From contig CAZSKP010000017.1 of NCBI GenBank assembly GCA_964607485.1, positions 1 through 58,732 on the forward strand: 58,732 bases of DNA. The letters are read 5' to 3'. Positions 31,196 to 41,171 of this stretch are shown in pieces. Numbering within the stretch: position 1 is the first letter of the stretch; each line of letters opens with the position of its first letter. The stretch is from an uncultured bacterium. GTDB lineage: Bacteria; Abyssobacteria; SURF-5. The position numbers were made by a program, and so were the translations under genes. The notes below the pieces were generated by a model that worked only from the letters and a program-made list of their open reading frames with translations, had not been told where the DNA came from and made no database searches.

Positions 31196-31293
31196 TTTCT
31201 TGTAGGGGCAGGCCCCCGCGCCGGCCCAAACCCACGAAACCACCCCGGTTAGGCTTCAATTGGGCAGGCACGGGGGCCTGCCCCTACAAGAAA
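31196..31293. repeat. Inverted pair of GTAG-type REP elements (REPIN-like)
   Basis: TTTCTTGTAGGGGCAGGCCCCCGCGCCGGCCC (31196-31227) and its near-perfect reverse complement (31262-31293). Confidence 0.85.
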
Positions 31294-31362
31294 ATGTGGT
31301 CGATTCATATTATGCAACAGGCCGTCACCTCTTGTCCCCGGCGAAGCGAAGGGCATCGTTTC

Positions 31363-32394
31363 ATGCTCATCCCGATAAAAAGGCGCGTTGTCTTTTTTTT
31401 GCCGCTCCTTATGCTTGCCATCTGCTGTAATGCGGACCGCGGTGGGATGTACGAGGAGCGGGCGGACATCATGGGCACGACGTTCACCATAAAGATCGAC
31501 GACCCCGGCAACCACGCCCGCGCCGCGCATGCCGCTCTCGACGAGATTCGTCGCATCGACCGCCTCCTGAGCACGTACAAAGACGACAGCGAGATATCGG
31601 CGGTCAATCGACGTGCGTCGAAGGAGCCCGTCGTCGTGGGGGCCGACTTTCGGAACGTCGTCGCCGCATCGCGCATATATTTCGGGCTCGGCCGGGGCGC
31701 GTTCGACCCGACCGTGTATCCGCTCATGCGGCTCTGGCGTTTCACCACGCGAGAGGGCCGCATTCCCACGAATGAAGAACAGGCGAAAGCGAAGAGTCTC
31801 ATTGACCTCCGGAAGGTGTTGCTCGATGAGTCCACATCCGCCGTCAGCTTCCTCCAGGACGGGATGGCGCTCGATTTCGGGGGCATCGCCAAGGGATACG
31901 CCGTTGACCGCGCCGTCGAGGTCCTCAAGAAGCAAGGCGTCACGCGCGCGATTGTCGATGCAGGCGGCAACTTCTATGCGCTCGGAACACCGAGAGGAAG
32001 GGAACACTGGCAGGTTGGCATCCGGCACCCGCTCAGGCTCGACGAGGTCGTCGCGCGGCTGCCCGTTTCAAACAAAGGCGTTGCCACCTCGGGCAACTAC
32101 GAGCGGTTCTTCGAGATAGGCGGAAGGAAATACTGTCACATCATGGACCCGCGCACTGGCCGGCCGGTCGAGGGAATGTTGAGCGCGACGGTCGTCGCCG
32201 ACACCGCGATGGCGGCCGACGCACTTTCAACCACCGTGTTCGTCCTCGGCCCGGAAGAGGGAATGCGGCTGATAGAGCGACTGCCCGGCGTCGAGGGAAT
32301 GCTCATCGTTCAGGAGGCCGGCTCGCCCGAACAATTCAGAATCCTCCTCTCGCCCGGCCTCAAAGACACAATCGAACTCCTCATCCCCGCATAG
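31363..32394 (+). CDS. apbE: FAD:protein FMN transferase ApbE
   Basis: IMGT, SEISAVN, GAFDPTV, DFGGIAKGYAVD, ATSGNYERF, HIMDPRTG, ADALST; hydrophobic N-terminus ending in Cys. Confidence 0.92.
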   Translation: MLIPIKRRVVFFLPLLMLAICCNADRGGMYEERADIMGTTFTIKIDDPGNHARAAHAALDEIRRIDRLLSTYKDDSEISAVNRRASKEPVVVGADFRNVVAASRIYFGLGRGAFDPTVYPLMRLWRFTTREGRIPTNEEQAKAKSLIDLRKVLLDESTSAVSFLQDGMALDFGGIAKGYAVDRAVEVLKKQGVTRAIVDAGGNFYALGTPRGREHWQVGIRHPLRLDEVVARLPVSNKGVATSGNYERFFEIGGRKYCHIMDPRTGRPVEGMLSATVVADTAMAADALSTTVFVLGPEEGMRLIERLPGVEGMLIVQEAGSPEQFRILLSPGLKDTIELLIPA

Positions 32395-32422
32395 CCGCTT
32401 TCCACTGGAACGGGTCAGGCGC

Positions 32423-33265
32423 CTACCATGCCATGATCTTGTCGATTTTTTGGGCGATCTCCTGCACCGTCCACATCCCGTCCTTCGACACGCCCTCGGT
32501 CGTCTTGATTTCCATCAACGAGATATGGGGCCCGCGTATCAGGAAGAACTTACCGGTGATGTCCTTCGCGAGGTCGGACGCGAGGAACACCATCACCGGC
32601 GAGATGTGCGCCGGGTCGAGCTCGCCCTCCTTCAAGTCCTGATAGCGGGGCAGGTCTTCGGTCATACGCGTCTTCGCGATAGGCACCACCGCGTTCACCG
32701 TGACGCCCATCTTCGCAAATTCGATCGCGCACACGCGCGTGAATCCCGCGATGCCGGCCTTCGCCGCGCCGTAGTTGGACTGGCCGAAGTTGCCGAGCAG
32801 GCCCGAGGTGGAACTCGTGTTGATGATGCGACCGCCCTGTCCCTGTTCCTTCATGAATCTCGCCGCTGGCTGCGTGCACGCGAATGTTCCCTTCAGGTGC
32901 ACGGCGATAACCGCGTCCCACATGCTCTCATCCATCTTAAGCAGGGTCTTGTCGCGCAGGATGCCCGCGTTGTTCACAAGGATGTCGAGCCGGCCGAACG
33001 CGTCGACGGCCGTCTGCACGATGGCCTTGCCGCCCTCCATTGTGGCAACGCTGTCATAGTTGGCGGCGGCCTCGCCGCCGGCTGCCTTGATTTCATCGAC
33101 CACTTTGTCGGCCATTCCCTTGCCGCCGCCGGCTCCGCTGCGGTCGCCGCCCACGTCGTTGACGACGACCTTCGCGCCTTCCTTCGCCAGCGCCAGAGCA
33201 TGACAGCGGCCTATGCCGCCGCCCGAACCGGTCACAATCGCAACTTTACCGTCAAGTAATCCCAT
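32423..33265 (-). CDS. Short-chain dehydrogenase/reductase (3-hydroxyacyl-CoA dehydrogenase-like)
   Basis: TGSGGGIG, VVVNDVG, NNAGILRD, NFGQSNYGAAKAG (YxxxK). Confidence 0.92.
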   Translation of the reverse strand: MGLLDGKVAIVTGSGGGIGRCHALALAKEGAKVVVNDVGGDRSGAGGGKGMADKVVDEIKAAGGEAAANYDSVATMEGGKAIVQTAVDAFGRLDILVNNAGILRDKTLLKMDESMWDAVIAVHLKGTFACTQPAARFMKEQGQGGRIINTSSTSGLLGNFGQSNYGAAKAGIAGFTRVCAIEFAKMGVTVNAVVPIAKTRMTEDLPRYQDLKEGELDPAHISPVMVFLASDLAKDITGKFFLIRGPHISLMEIKTTEGVSKDGMWTVQEIAQKIDKIMAW

Positions 33266-33663
33266 GGTCGCGTTTGCTCCTTTCAGATTGTCTTATCCTT
33301 GCCCCTCGGGTTAGACACATATCGGAGTACCAAACCCTCTGCCACGCGCAAAAAATAACAGAGTAATGCCTTCCATGTCAAATGCCGAGGCCCGGCCCTC
33401 CGGCATTGTGCTCCCGGCGGTTTGTCCCGTCGATTCTGCCTTTGCTCACTGAAGTTGCTTCGTGTTTCTCGGGCGCCACCCCTGCGGCTTAAGGTGACAC
33501 TTTGCTCCGAGAGAATATTTGTGATAACATATTCAACCGATTCACCTCAGCCGACGATACTGGATAGACGGGACAGTTTGTTGTTTGCCGTATACGCTCC
33601 AACTTAAGAAGAAGAGACAGGTATCATGTGCCCGGTCCTATGTGATGGAGAAGGGAGGAATCG

Positions 33664-35799
33664 ATGAAACGGTTTCTAACGGCGGGATTGGTTATTCTCA
33701 TCTCAGCGCACATCGCATCAGTCACTGCACTTGCCGACTTCGACGAGATTCCCGCTGGAAAAGGACATGACGGGGGGTACGGCTTGTGTGTCGGTTTCGG
33801 CGGTGACCTCGTGGCCATTGGAGCCGCCGGTTCGGTTGTCAACCTGAAAGACCTCTGGCTCTACGGTCCGGGTATCAAGAGCAAGGTAATCGGCGGAAAT
33901 TATAATGATTACGGGTTCGCTGTACAAGCCACTCCCGACGGGTACATAGCGGTCGGACAGACGAAGTCGGTTAGGCCTGGAAACCTCGATGTTTGGCTCA
34001 TAAAGGTCGACCAATTCGGAAACGCGCAGTGGCAACGAACCTTCGGGGGAGACGGCGACGACTGCGGATTTGACGTGCAACAGACGCGCGATGGGGGCTA
34101 CATCATCGTTGGACGCACTGGTTCATACGGCGCGGGCGAGTTCGATGTATTGCTCATCAAGACGCTCGGGAACGGAGAACTAGAATGGATGCAAACCTTC
34201 GGCGGGCCCGATGACGACATGGGTTATAGCGTGCAACAGACCAGCGATGGAGGATACATCCTCACGGGTTGCAAAGAGTCCGAAGATACAATAGACAAGC
34301 AACTCTGGCTCATCAAGACCGACCCCAAAGGACGGCTCCTCTGGGACCGAGTCTTCGGTGGCGGCAAAGATGATCATGGGCGCGGCGTCATACAGACGAG
34401 CGACGGCTGTTATGTTGTGGCGGGATGGACCGAATCCTTTTCGGTGGGCAGTCGTGATGCGTATCTCGTAAAGACTGATTCTCGTGGGAATTTACTGTGG
34501 GAGAAAGCAATTGGCGGAAAGTTTGAGGATTGTGCCCAGAGCATCATCGAGACGCCCGACAACCTGTATGTCTTCACGGGGTGGACATGGTCGTATCAGG
34601 GCAAGCCGGGCACCTGGCTGGTGGCGCTCCGGCCGGATGGAAAAGAAGTAGAGTGGAATGCGATGTTCTACGGCGTAGCCGGACACTGGGGGTATTGCGT
34701 TCGACAGTTCGATAGAGACACCTTCGCCATCGCGGGCGTATCCACCGGAAACGACAAGTTTGCGCTCGGGTACGACGGTTTCATAATCCGTTACAAACCG
34801 CACGGGGACTGGCCTGTTTGGTACAATGCCTATGACGGCGGCAAAGGCCCAGTGGTTCCAGGTGGCGTTACGGAATATTTAGACGAGTTAGGTTACGGGG
34901 TAAAATGGGAAACTGCGACCGGAAAGTTGACTCTCAGGAATTGTGAAAGCCCGACAGCGCAACAGACGGCCTCGATACGAAACAAATCCGCCCGACAACA
35001 ATCCCAACGGATAATCAGCAGAACGGAATCACCACGCGATTTCTTGGTTCGCGTTTTGAGCAACCACTGGATTGCGACGCATCGCGTTTACACGACGGAT
35101 CAGCGAGAATTCGACGCCGTGCTGCTCACGGAGAAACCCGGGCAACTGTGCCTCGCGAAAGCCGGAGCCGGTGCCACATCCAAATTCGAGATACCGAAAG
35201 ATAGTGTCGTCAGAATCGAGCCGCTTGTCGAGGCACAGGTCGCCGATGAGATATGCGGCATGTTGAGAATGGAAAGGAAGAAATTCGCCAGCGACCAGCA
35301 GCGCCAGTGCTACGAAGATGCAATTAAGGAACTGAGTGAAAGATGCTGCAAGTATGGAGCTCCATATCCCGGCACAAGCCTCGTCAGCGTTCGGCTGAAT
35401 GAGCAGGACGGAGAGATGGCCGAAGCCGTGCTGGAGAATAATAACAAGAAGATGACCGTGAAGGAAGGGGATATGATTGACGATTTCACGGTCATGGGCA
35501 GAGATGCGGAGACCAACACGGTTCTGCTCCGGATGGGCGAAGATGGAACTGTCACCAGAATATGGCCCGCCAAAATGTGGGACAACCTCGGCTCCGCCTC
35601 GTCCGAAGAGGAAGTGCAGAAAGAGCCGGAAACCGTGACCCCTGAACCCGAGAAAGTGAGCCGGAGGGAGATCCCACAGAATGAAAGTCCGCCTCCGGTG
35701 TCATCGGTGGATAGACAATCCCGGCCCGAAACAGGCACTGACTGGCGCGCGCGGCTCGAAAACCTGTGGAACAAGATTGTGGAAGCCGTCACAAAATGA
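33664..35799 (+). CDS. Secreted beta-propeller repeat protein with unrelated C-terminal region
   Basis: SD GGAGG, signal peptide, about 6-7 repeats of QTxDGGYIxxG...DxWLIKTDxxGxxxW. Confidence 0.75.
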   Translation: MKRFLTAGLVILISAHIASVTALADFDEIPAGKGHDGGYGLCVGFGGDLVAIGAAGSVVNLKDLWLYGPGIKSKVIGGNYNDYGFAVQATPDGYIAVGQTKSVRPGNLDVWLIKVDQFGNAQWQRTFGGDGDDCGFDVQQTRDGGYIIVGRTGSYGAGEFDVLLIKTLGNGELEWMQTFGGPDDDMGYSVQQTSDGGYILTGCKESEDTIDKQLWLIKTDPKGRLLWDRVFGGGKDDHGRGVIQTSDGCYVVAGWTESFSVGSRDAYLVKTDSRGNLLWEKAIGGKFEDCAQSIIETPDNLYVFTGWTWSYQGKPGTWLVALRPDGKEVEWNAMFYGVAGHWGYCVRQFDRDTFAIAGVSTGNDKFALGYDGFIIRYKPHGDWPVWYNAYDGGKGPVVPGGVTEYLDELGYGVKWETATGKLTLRNCESPTAQQTASIRNKSARQQSQRIISRTESPRDFLVRVLSNHWIATHRVYTTDQREFDAVLLTEKPGQLCLAKAGAGATSKFEIPKDSVVRIEPLVEAQVADEICGMLRMERKKFASDQQRQCYEDAIKELSERCCKYGAPYPGTSLVSVRLNEQDGEMAEAVLENNNKKMTVKEGDMIDDFTVMGRDAETNTVLLRMGEDGTVTRIWPAKMWDNLGSASSEEEVQKEPETVTPEPEKVSRREIPQNESPPPVSSVDRQSRPETGTDWRARLENLWNKIVEAVTK

Positions 35800-35954
35800 G
35801 ATTTCCCGGCCCGTGCGGCGCACCGAATTCAAAGCAAATAGTGTGTCTATTCCTGATGTTGGCATAGGGAGGGACAGGCCCGTTATCAAAATCCTGCCGA
35901 TGCTGTTCACCAAAGAGAAAACGAAGGGCACAGAGATATGAAGGAGATGTTTCG

Positions 35955-36713
35955 GTGAAGGTAACCGTCGTCGGTTCCGGTTGCGGTATCCCCAACCCCA
36001 AGCGCGGTTCGCCGTGCATTGCCGTCGGCGTCGGCAAAGAGCTGTTCGCCTTCGACTGTGGACCGGGGGCGCTGAGGGCGATGGCGGCCGCGGGAGTGGC
36101 GTGGAGCGAACTGCGCGGCATTTTCATTACGCACTTTCACACCGACCACATCGCAGACATCGCGCCGCTCCTTTTCGCGTTCAACATACCCGATGTGAAC
36201 CGCACCCAGCCCCTGAGGCTGTGCGGCCCGCCCGGTCTGAAAAAATTGTATCAAGACCTCGTCGCCGCATACGGAGACTGGCTTAAACCCAAGCGGTACG
36301 AGCTCCTTGTTGAGGAGCTTCTGGAAGCGCCGCTTGAAGGCGCGACCTGGAGAGTGGAAAACGCCCCGGCCGAGCACAGCCGGCCGGCGCTCGCCTACCG
36401 CTTCGAGGCCGACGGAGCGAGCATGGTCTATTCCGGCGACACCGACTACAGCGAGTCGATTGTGAGCCTGGCCTCTCCCTGCGACCTGCTCATCCTCGAA
36501 TGCTCCTATCCGAACGAAATCGAGGTGCCCGGCCATCTGACCCCCAAAAGGGCCGGCGAAATGGCGCAACTTGCGGGCTGCAAGAAACTCGTGCTCACCC
36601 ACATTTATCCCGTGTGCGCCGACTACGACCTCGTCGCTCAGTGCAGGCAGACATTCGACGGCGACGTCGTGCTGGCAGAGGACGGCATGAGCTTCGAGCT
36701 CGGTTCGGGCTGA
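35955..36713 (+). CDS. Metallo-beta-lactamase fold hydrolase (RNase Z-like)
   Basis: FDCGPG, THFHTDHIAD, YSGDT, ILECS, GHL, LTHIYP; SD AAGGAG. Confidence 0.88.
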   Translation: MKVTVVGSGCGIPNPKRGSPCIAVGVGKELFAFDCGPGALRAMAAAGVAWSELRGIFITHFHTDHIADIAPLLFAFNIPDVNRTQPLRLCGPPGLKKLYQDLVAAYGDWLKPKRYELLVEELLEAPLEGATWRVENAPAEHSRPALAYRFEADGASMVYSGDTDYSESIVSLASPCDLLILECSYPNEIEVPGHLTPKRAGEMAQLAGCKKLVLTHIYPVCADYDLVAQCRQTFDGDVVLAEDGMSFELGSG

Positions 36714-36734
36714 GTTTCAGAATAGTCGTTTGAT

Positions 36735-36919
36735 GGCGTGTTGCCCAAAAAGCAACGCCCCTTGACACCCCTATCAGAAATGTCATTCTGAGGAGCGAAG
36801 GGTCACAGACCCGCGCGACGAAGAATCTTCCATTTTCGACCGAGTGTATGCTTGTCATCGAGAGATTCTTCGCTTCGCTCAGAATGACAAATAGGTAACT
36901 GCCTCTTGGGCAACACGCC
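36735..36919. mobile_element. MITE-like non-coding element containing TGTCA-bounded repeat copy 2
   Basis: Terminal inverted repeats GGCGTGTTGCCCAAAAAGCA / TGCCTCTTGGGCAACACGCC (18/20), flanks GTTTGAT and GTTTGAG, internal TGTCATTCTGAG...CTCAGAATGACA (36781-36889). Confidence 0.6.
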
Positions 36920-37050
36920 GTTTGAGGCTCGGCATTACTGCCTCGAATTTGTCACCGCACCTTTTCCCGCCGCCCTGCGATTTCCAACTTCATTTGTGAT
37001 ATAATGTTGTCTGAACAGACTAATTCTAGGCACGGCAAGGAGTTGCGCCG

Positions 37051-40000
37051 TTGCACGAATACGAGGAATTTGCCGAGATCTTCTTTGCCGACGAGCTTCC
37101 GCCAGAGCGCGCCCGCCGGATTCTTACCGAGGCGAGCATCGCCGATCCCGAAAAGGCCGCGAAGAACATTCGGCTTCTCGCCGGCCGGGACGCAGGCCAC
37201 GAGGCCTTCTGCAGAATCCTGCCGGCAGTGTTCAGGAGCCTGCGCGAGGTGGCCGACCCCGACATGGCGCTCAACAACTGGGAGCGTCTCGTCGCGGCGA
37301 TGCGCGGCCGGGTGTCGCATTTCGGATACTTCCGGAGGAATCCTCTGACGCTGGATGTCCTGCTCAAGCTTCTCGGTACCAGCCAGTACCTCGCCGACAT
37401 CCTGATTCGAAGGCCGAATCTTTTTTCTGAGACCATCGCAAACGGCCTCTGGCGTGAGCAGGTAAACGCCCATTCCCTGCGCGGGGAGCTCAACGCAATC
37501 ATCGAGACCGCATCCGATTACGAATCGAATGTGGAAATGTTCCGCGCCTTCAAGCAGCGGCACATGTTGCGGGCAGGAGCGAAAGACATCTGCGGCGACA
37601 CGGACGTCGAGCAGATTCTCAAACAGATGTCCCTTGTTGCGGATGTCTGCATCGAATACGCGTTCGAGATAGCGCAGGCTGAGGTCTGCAGACGCTTCGG
37701 CAGGCCTATGGCGGAGGACGACGGCGCTTCGGGCGAGGCGTCCGCCGTGTTGATCGCCCTCGGAAAACTCGGGGGCGAGGAATTGAATTACAGCTCGGAC
37801 GTTGACCTGATGTTCATCTACTCACACGACGGCGAGACCCGGCCCGACCGGGGCGCCGAATCGGTGTCGAATCAGCAATATTTCTCCAAGCTCGCCGAGA
37901 AGCTCATCGACCTGCTGGCCCGCGTGACTGAGCAGGGGCATTTGTTCCGCGTCGATATGCGGCTGCGGCCCATGGGCAGCAAAGGCCCGCTCGTGAGCTC
38001 GCTCGAAAGCCATCTTTCCTACTACGAAATCTTCGGGGAAACGTGGGAGAGACAGGCGCTGCTCAAAGCGCGGCCCGTCGCCGGAGACAAAGAACTGGGC
38101 AGGCGCTTCCTTCGAGAGCTGAGGCCGTTCGTCTATCCGAGATACCTCGACCATCGTGGCATACGCGAGATTCAGGACCTCAAGCGTCGCATCGAGCGCG
38201 AGGTCGATAAGCAGGGCCGCACGCGCACCGAGGTAAAACTGGGACGCGGAGGAATCCGCGACATCGAGTTCACGGTCCAATTTCTGCAACTGTTGAACGG
38301 CGGCAAACACGCCGAATTGCGGGGCACGAACACGCTCGCCACACTGAGGACTCTCGAACATATAGGCTACCTTTCTCCCGCCGAGAGCGCCTCGTTGGTT
38401 GAGGCATACAAGTTCCTGCGGAGGCTCGAGAACAGATTGCAAATAATGGGGAACCGCCAGCTCCACGTGCTGCCCTCACGCTCCGAAGAAGTCGAAGTCG
38501 TCGCGCGCAGCCTCGGCTATCGTCGCTCCGACGGCAGGTCGGCGGCCGACGCGCTTGAGGGCGAATACGGGCGCCAGACGGAAAGGGTGAGGGAGCTTTT
38601 CAACAAATTCTTCGGCAAGATGTTCGCCGGGGCCGAGCGCGCGTCGCCGGTGGTCGATTTGATTCAGAACCCCGAACCAACGGTGGCGGAGATAGAGGAC
38701 ACGCTTGGCCGTCACGGCTTCAGAAACTGCGGGGCGGCGTATGAGAACCTGCGCCTGCTCGCCGATGGGCCGCCTTCTTCGCCCTATCAGGCGCGCGCGC
38801 GCAATTTCTTCTGCAGCATCGCGCCGCTGTTGGTCCAGCATCTCCAACAGTCGCCCGACCCCGACATGGCCCTCAACAACCTCCAGCGCTGCATGGCGGC
38901 GGTAGGAGCGCTGTCCACGTTTTATGAGATTCTGTCGTCCAACCCCAAGTCCATCGAGCTGTTCGTGGCGCTCGCCTCGTACAGCGACCACCTCATCCGC
39001 CTGTTCGTGAACGACCCGGGCGTGCTCGACTTCCTTTTGAGCACGCGGATTCTGGAGGAGGAAAGCTCGCGGGCCTATATCGACAAGGCCCTCGGCAGAT
39101 TTTTGGAGATTAACCCGAATTTCTACGAATCGGTGCAGAGATTCAAAAACGGCGAGTTGCTCCGAATCGGGCTGAGGGACATACTCGGCCTCGCGGGCAT
39201 AGCCGAGGTCACGCGCGAGCTTTCGTCGGTCGCCGAGGTGATGCTCTCGCGGGTGTACGAACGATGTCTGGCCGACCACGTTGCCCGGCACGGCGAGCCG
39301 CTTGCGGCCGACGGCTCACCGGCGACGATGTCTATCCTGGGGATGGGCAAGCTGGGCGGATGCGAGATCAACTACGCCTCGGACCTCGACGTGGTGTTCG
39401 TCTACTCATCCGACGGACAGACCAGCGGGGGCGCGTCGGGGTCGGTGTCGTGCCAGCAGTTCTTCGTCACACTGGCCGCGCAGGTGATGAAGAAGATGAG
39501 CGAGTTGAACTCTCACGGATATTTGTATAAAATGGATGCGCGGCTGCGGCCCGACGGCGACCAGGGGCTTCTGGCGGTCTCGGCCTACTCGTTTATGGAA
39601 TACCACCGCCGAAGCAGCGCGTTGTGGGAAAAGCGCGCGATGATCAAGCTGCGGCACGTCGCGGGCGACATGGCTCTCGGGGAAAGGCTCAAGGATTTTG
39701 CACACTCGATTATTTACGCGCCCGGCTTCTTCTCGGCCGACGTCGTCGAGGACGCCGTGGTGATGCTCGGAAAAATTTTTGAAACGGCCCGGGCCGAAAC
39801 GCGCGACGGCGTACAGATAAAGAATGCCGAAGGCGGAATCGTCGAAATAGAATTCCTCGTGCAGTTGTTGCAGCTCAAGCACGGCCCCGGGTCGCATGAG
39901 CTCCGAACGACAAACACCCTCGAAGCGCTCGAAGCGCTCGCCGACGGCGGACATCTCTCACGGCAATCTCACGACGACCTGAGCGCCACCTTAGTGCTCC

Positions 40001-40239
40001 TGCGCAGGGTCGAGAACCGGCTGCGTCTCATGCACGACCGCTCTCTCAGCGAACTGCCGACCGACCCCGACGCTCTCGACAAGCTCGCCTTGCGGCTGGG
40101 CGCGACCCCCGCCGCCCATCGGAGCCCCGGCGAGGCGCTCGTCGAGACGATCGAGTCCTATATTCACCGTTCGCATCGGGTCTTCGAGGAGCTGACGAAA
40201 CAGTTGAGGGAAGAGCAGGGCCAAAGGACTTCCACGTGA
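37051..40239 (+). CDS. glnE: Glutamine synthetase adenylyltransferase/adenylyl-removing enzyme
   Basis: Two nucleotidyltransferase domains: LGKLGGEELNYSSDVDL...VDMRLRPMG and MGKLGGCEINYASDLD...MDARLRPDG; KLGRGGIRDIEF. Confidence 0.93.
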   Translation: MHEYEEFAEIFFADELPPERARRILTEASIADPEKAAKNIRLLAGRDAGHEAFCRILPAVFRSLREVADPDMALNNWERLVAAMRGRVSHFGYFRRNPLTLDVLLKLLGTSQYLADILIRRPNLFSETIANGLWREQVNAHSLRGELNAIIETASDYESNVEMFRAFKQRHMLRAGAKDICGDTDVEQILKQMSLVADVCIEYAFEIAQAEVCRRFGRPMAEDDGASGEASAVLIALGKLGGEELNYSSDVDLMFIYSHDGETRPDRGAESVSNQQYFSKLAEKLIDLLARVTEQGHLFRVDMRLRPMGSKGPLVSSLESHLSYYEIFGETWERQALLKARPVAGDKELGRRFLRELRPFVYPRYLDHRGIREIQDLKRRIEREVDKQGRTRTEVKLGRGGIRDIEFTVQFLQLLNGGKHAELRGTNTLATLRTLEHIGYLSPAESASLVEAYKFLRRLENRLQIMGNRQLHVLPSRSEEVEVVARSLGYRRSDGRSAADALEGEYGRQTERVRELFNKFFGKMFAGAERASPVVDLIQNPEPTVAEIEDTLGRHGFRNCGAAYENLRLLADGPPSSPYQARARNFFCSIAPLLVQHLQQSPDPDMALNNLQRCMAAVGALSTFYEILSSNPKSIELFVALASYSDHLIRLFVNDPGVLDFLLSTRILEEESSRAYIDKALGRFLEINPNFYESVQRFKNGELLRIGLRDILGLAGIAEVTRELSSVAEVMLSRVYERCLADHVARHGEPLAADGSPATMSILGMGKLGGCEINYASDLDVVFVYSSDGQTSGGASGSVSCQQFFVTLAAQVMKKMSELNSHGYLYKMDARLRPDGDQGLLAVSAYSFMEYHRRSSALWEKRAMIKLRHVAGDMALGERLKDFAHSIIYAPGFFSADVVEDAVVMLGKIFETARAETRDGVQIKNAEGGIVEIEFLVQLLQLKHGPGSHELRTTNTLEALEALADGGHLSRQSHDDLSATLVLLRRVENRLRLMHDRSLSELPTDPDALDKLALRLGATPAAHRSPGEALVETIESYIHRSHRVFEELTKQLREEQGQRTST

Positions 40240-41012
40240 CGCGCAAGAAGGTACTCTTCATATGCGACGCCCATCTGGGCTCGGGAACGAATGAGCAGCG
40301 GAAGGAACAGGCGCTGGTCGAATTCGTCAGGAGCCTGTCGCCCGAGAGCGTTTCCGCCGTGTACGTGCTCGGCGACCTGTTTGACTTCTGGTTCGAATAC
40401 GAGTCGGTCATCCCTTCGGGGTACTTCCGCGTCCTGACCGCTCTCGCCGAGGCGGCCGCAAGCGGGATCGAGATACATCTTATCGTGGGCAACCACGATT
40501 TCTGGGCCGGAACGTTCCTGGAGAGAACCGTCGGCCTCACCGTTCATCAAGACCCGATAGAAATCGACCTTGACGGCAAGCGCGTGTACATGTGTCACGG
40601 CGACGGGCTCAACCCCTACGACCGCGGCTACCTCCTGTTGAAGGCGGTAATCAGGAGCAGGTTCGCGATATGGTTCGCCCGCCGACTGCATCCCGACCGT
40701 CTTACGCGTCTTGCCCGCTGGATTTCAGGATTCAGCCGGAAGAGCTCGTCGGTCGCGGGCAAGCTCAGAGAAGATGAAGGAATACTTCGGTTCGCGCAGA
40801 AAAAATTCGATGACGGCACCGACGTCGTGATTGCGGGCCATTCGCACCAGCCTCACGAAGAGACATATTCGGTCAACGGCGCAACGAAGCGTTATTACAA
40901 CGTCGGTGACATGCAGGAGCGTTTCTCTTACCTCGAATACTGCGACGGCAAGTTTCAGTTGAAGTACCTGGGCGCCAAAAAAGCGGCGGCCCGACCCGAA
41001 GCGAGCGGCTGA
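40236..41012 (+). CDS. lpxH: UDP-2,3-diacylglucosamine hydrolase-like metallophosphoesterase
   Basis: DAHLG, LGDLFDFWFEY, GNHDFW, HGDGL, GHSH. Confidence 0.8.
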   Translation: MTRKKVLFICDAHLGSGTNEQRKEQALVEFVRSLSPESVSAVYVLGDLFDFWFEYESVIPSGYFRVLTALAEAAASGIEIHLIVGNHDFWAGTFLERTVGLTVHQDPIEIDLDGKRVYMCHGDGLNPYDRGYLLLKAVIRSRFAIWFARRLHPDRLTRLARWISGFSRKSSSVAGKLREDEGILRFAQKKFDDGTDVVIAGHSHQPHEETYSVNGATKRYYNVGDMQERFSYLEYCDGKFQLKYLGAKKAAARPEASG

Positions 41013-41074
41013 CCTCGCGGCCGCTGCATGTTGAGGCAGCCGAGTCATAACGCTTTAAGCGCCAACAACTTCAT

Positions 41075-41104
41075 TTGACTTTTGTTCCCACGAGATGTTA
41101 GAAT
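41075..41104 (+). promoter_or_regulatory. Sigma70-type promoter for nucleotide-sugar operon
   Basis: TTGACT-18 bp-TAGAAT with extended TG. Confidence 0.55.
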
Positions 41105-41171
41105 CTCACCTGAGTTCGAGGCATTTGCCCCATCGTATTCAGCTATCTTCGGAGTGCCGGTGAAGGAGACA

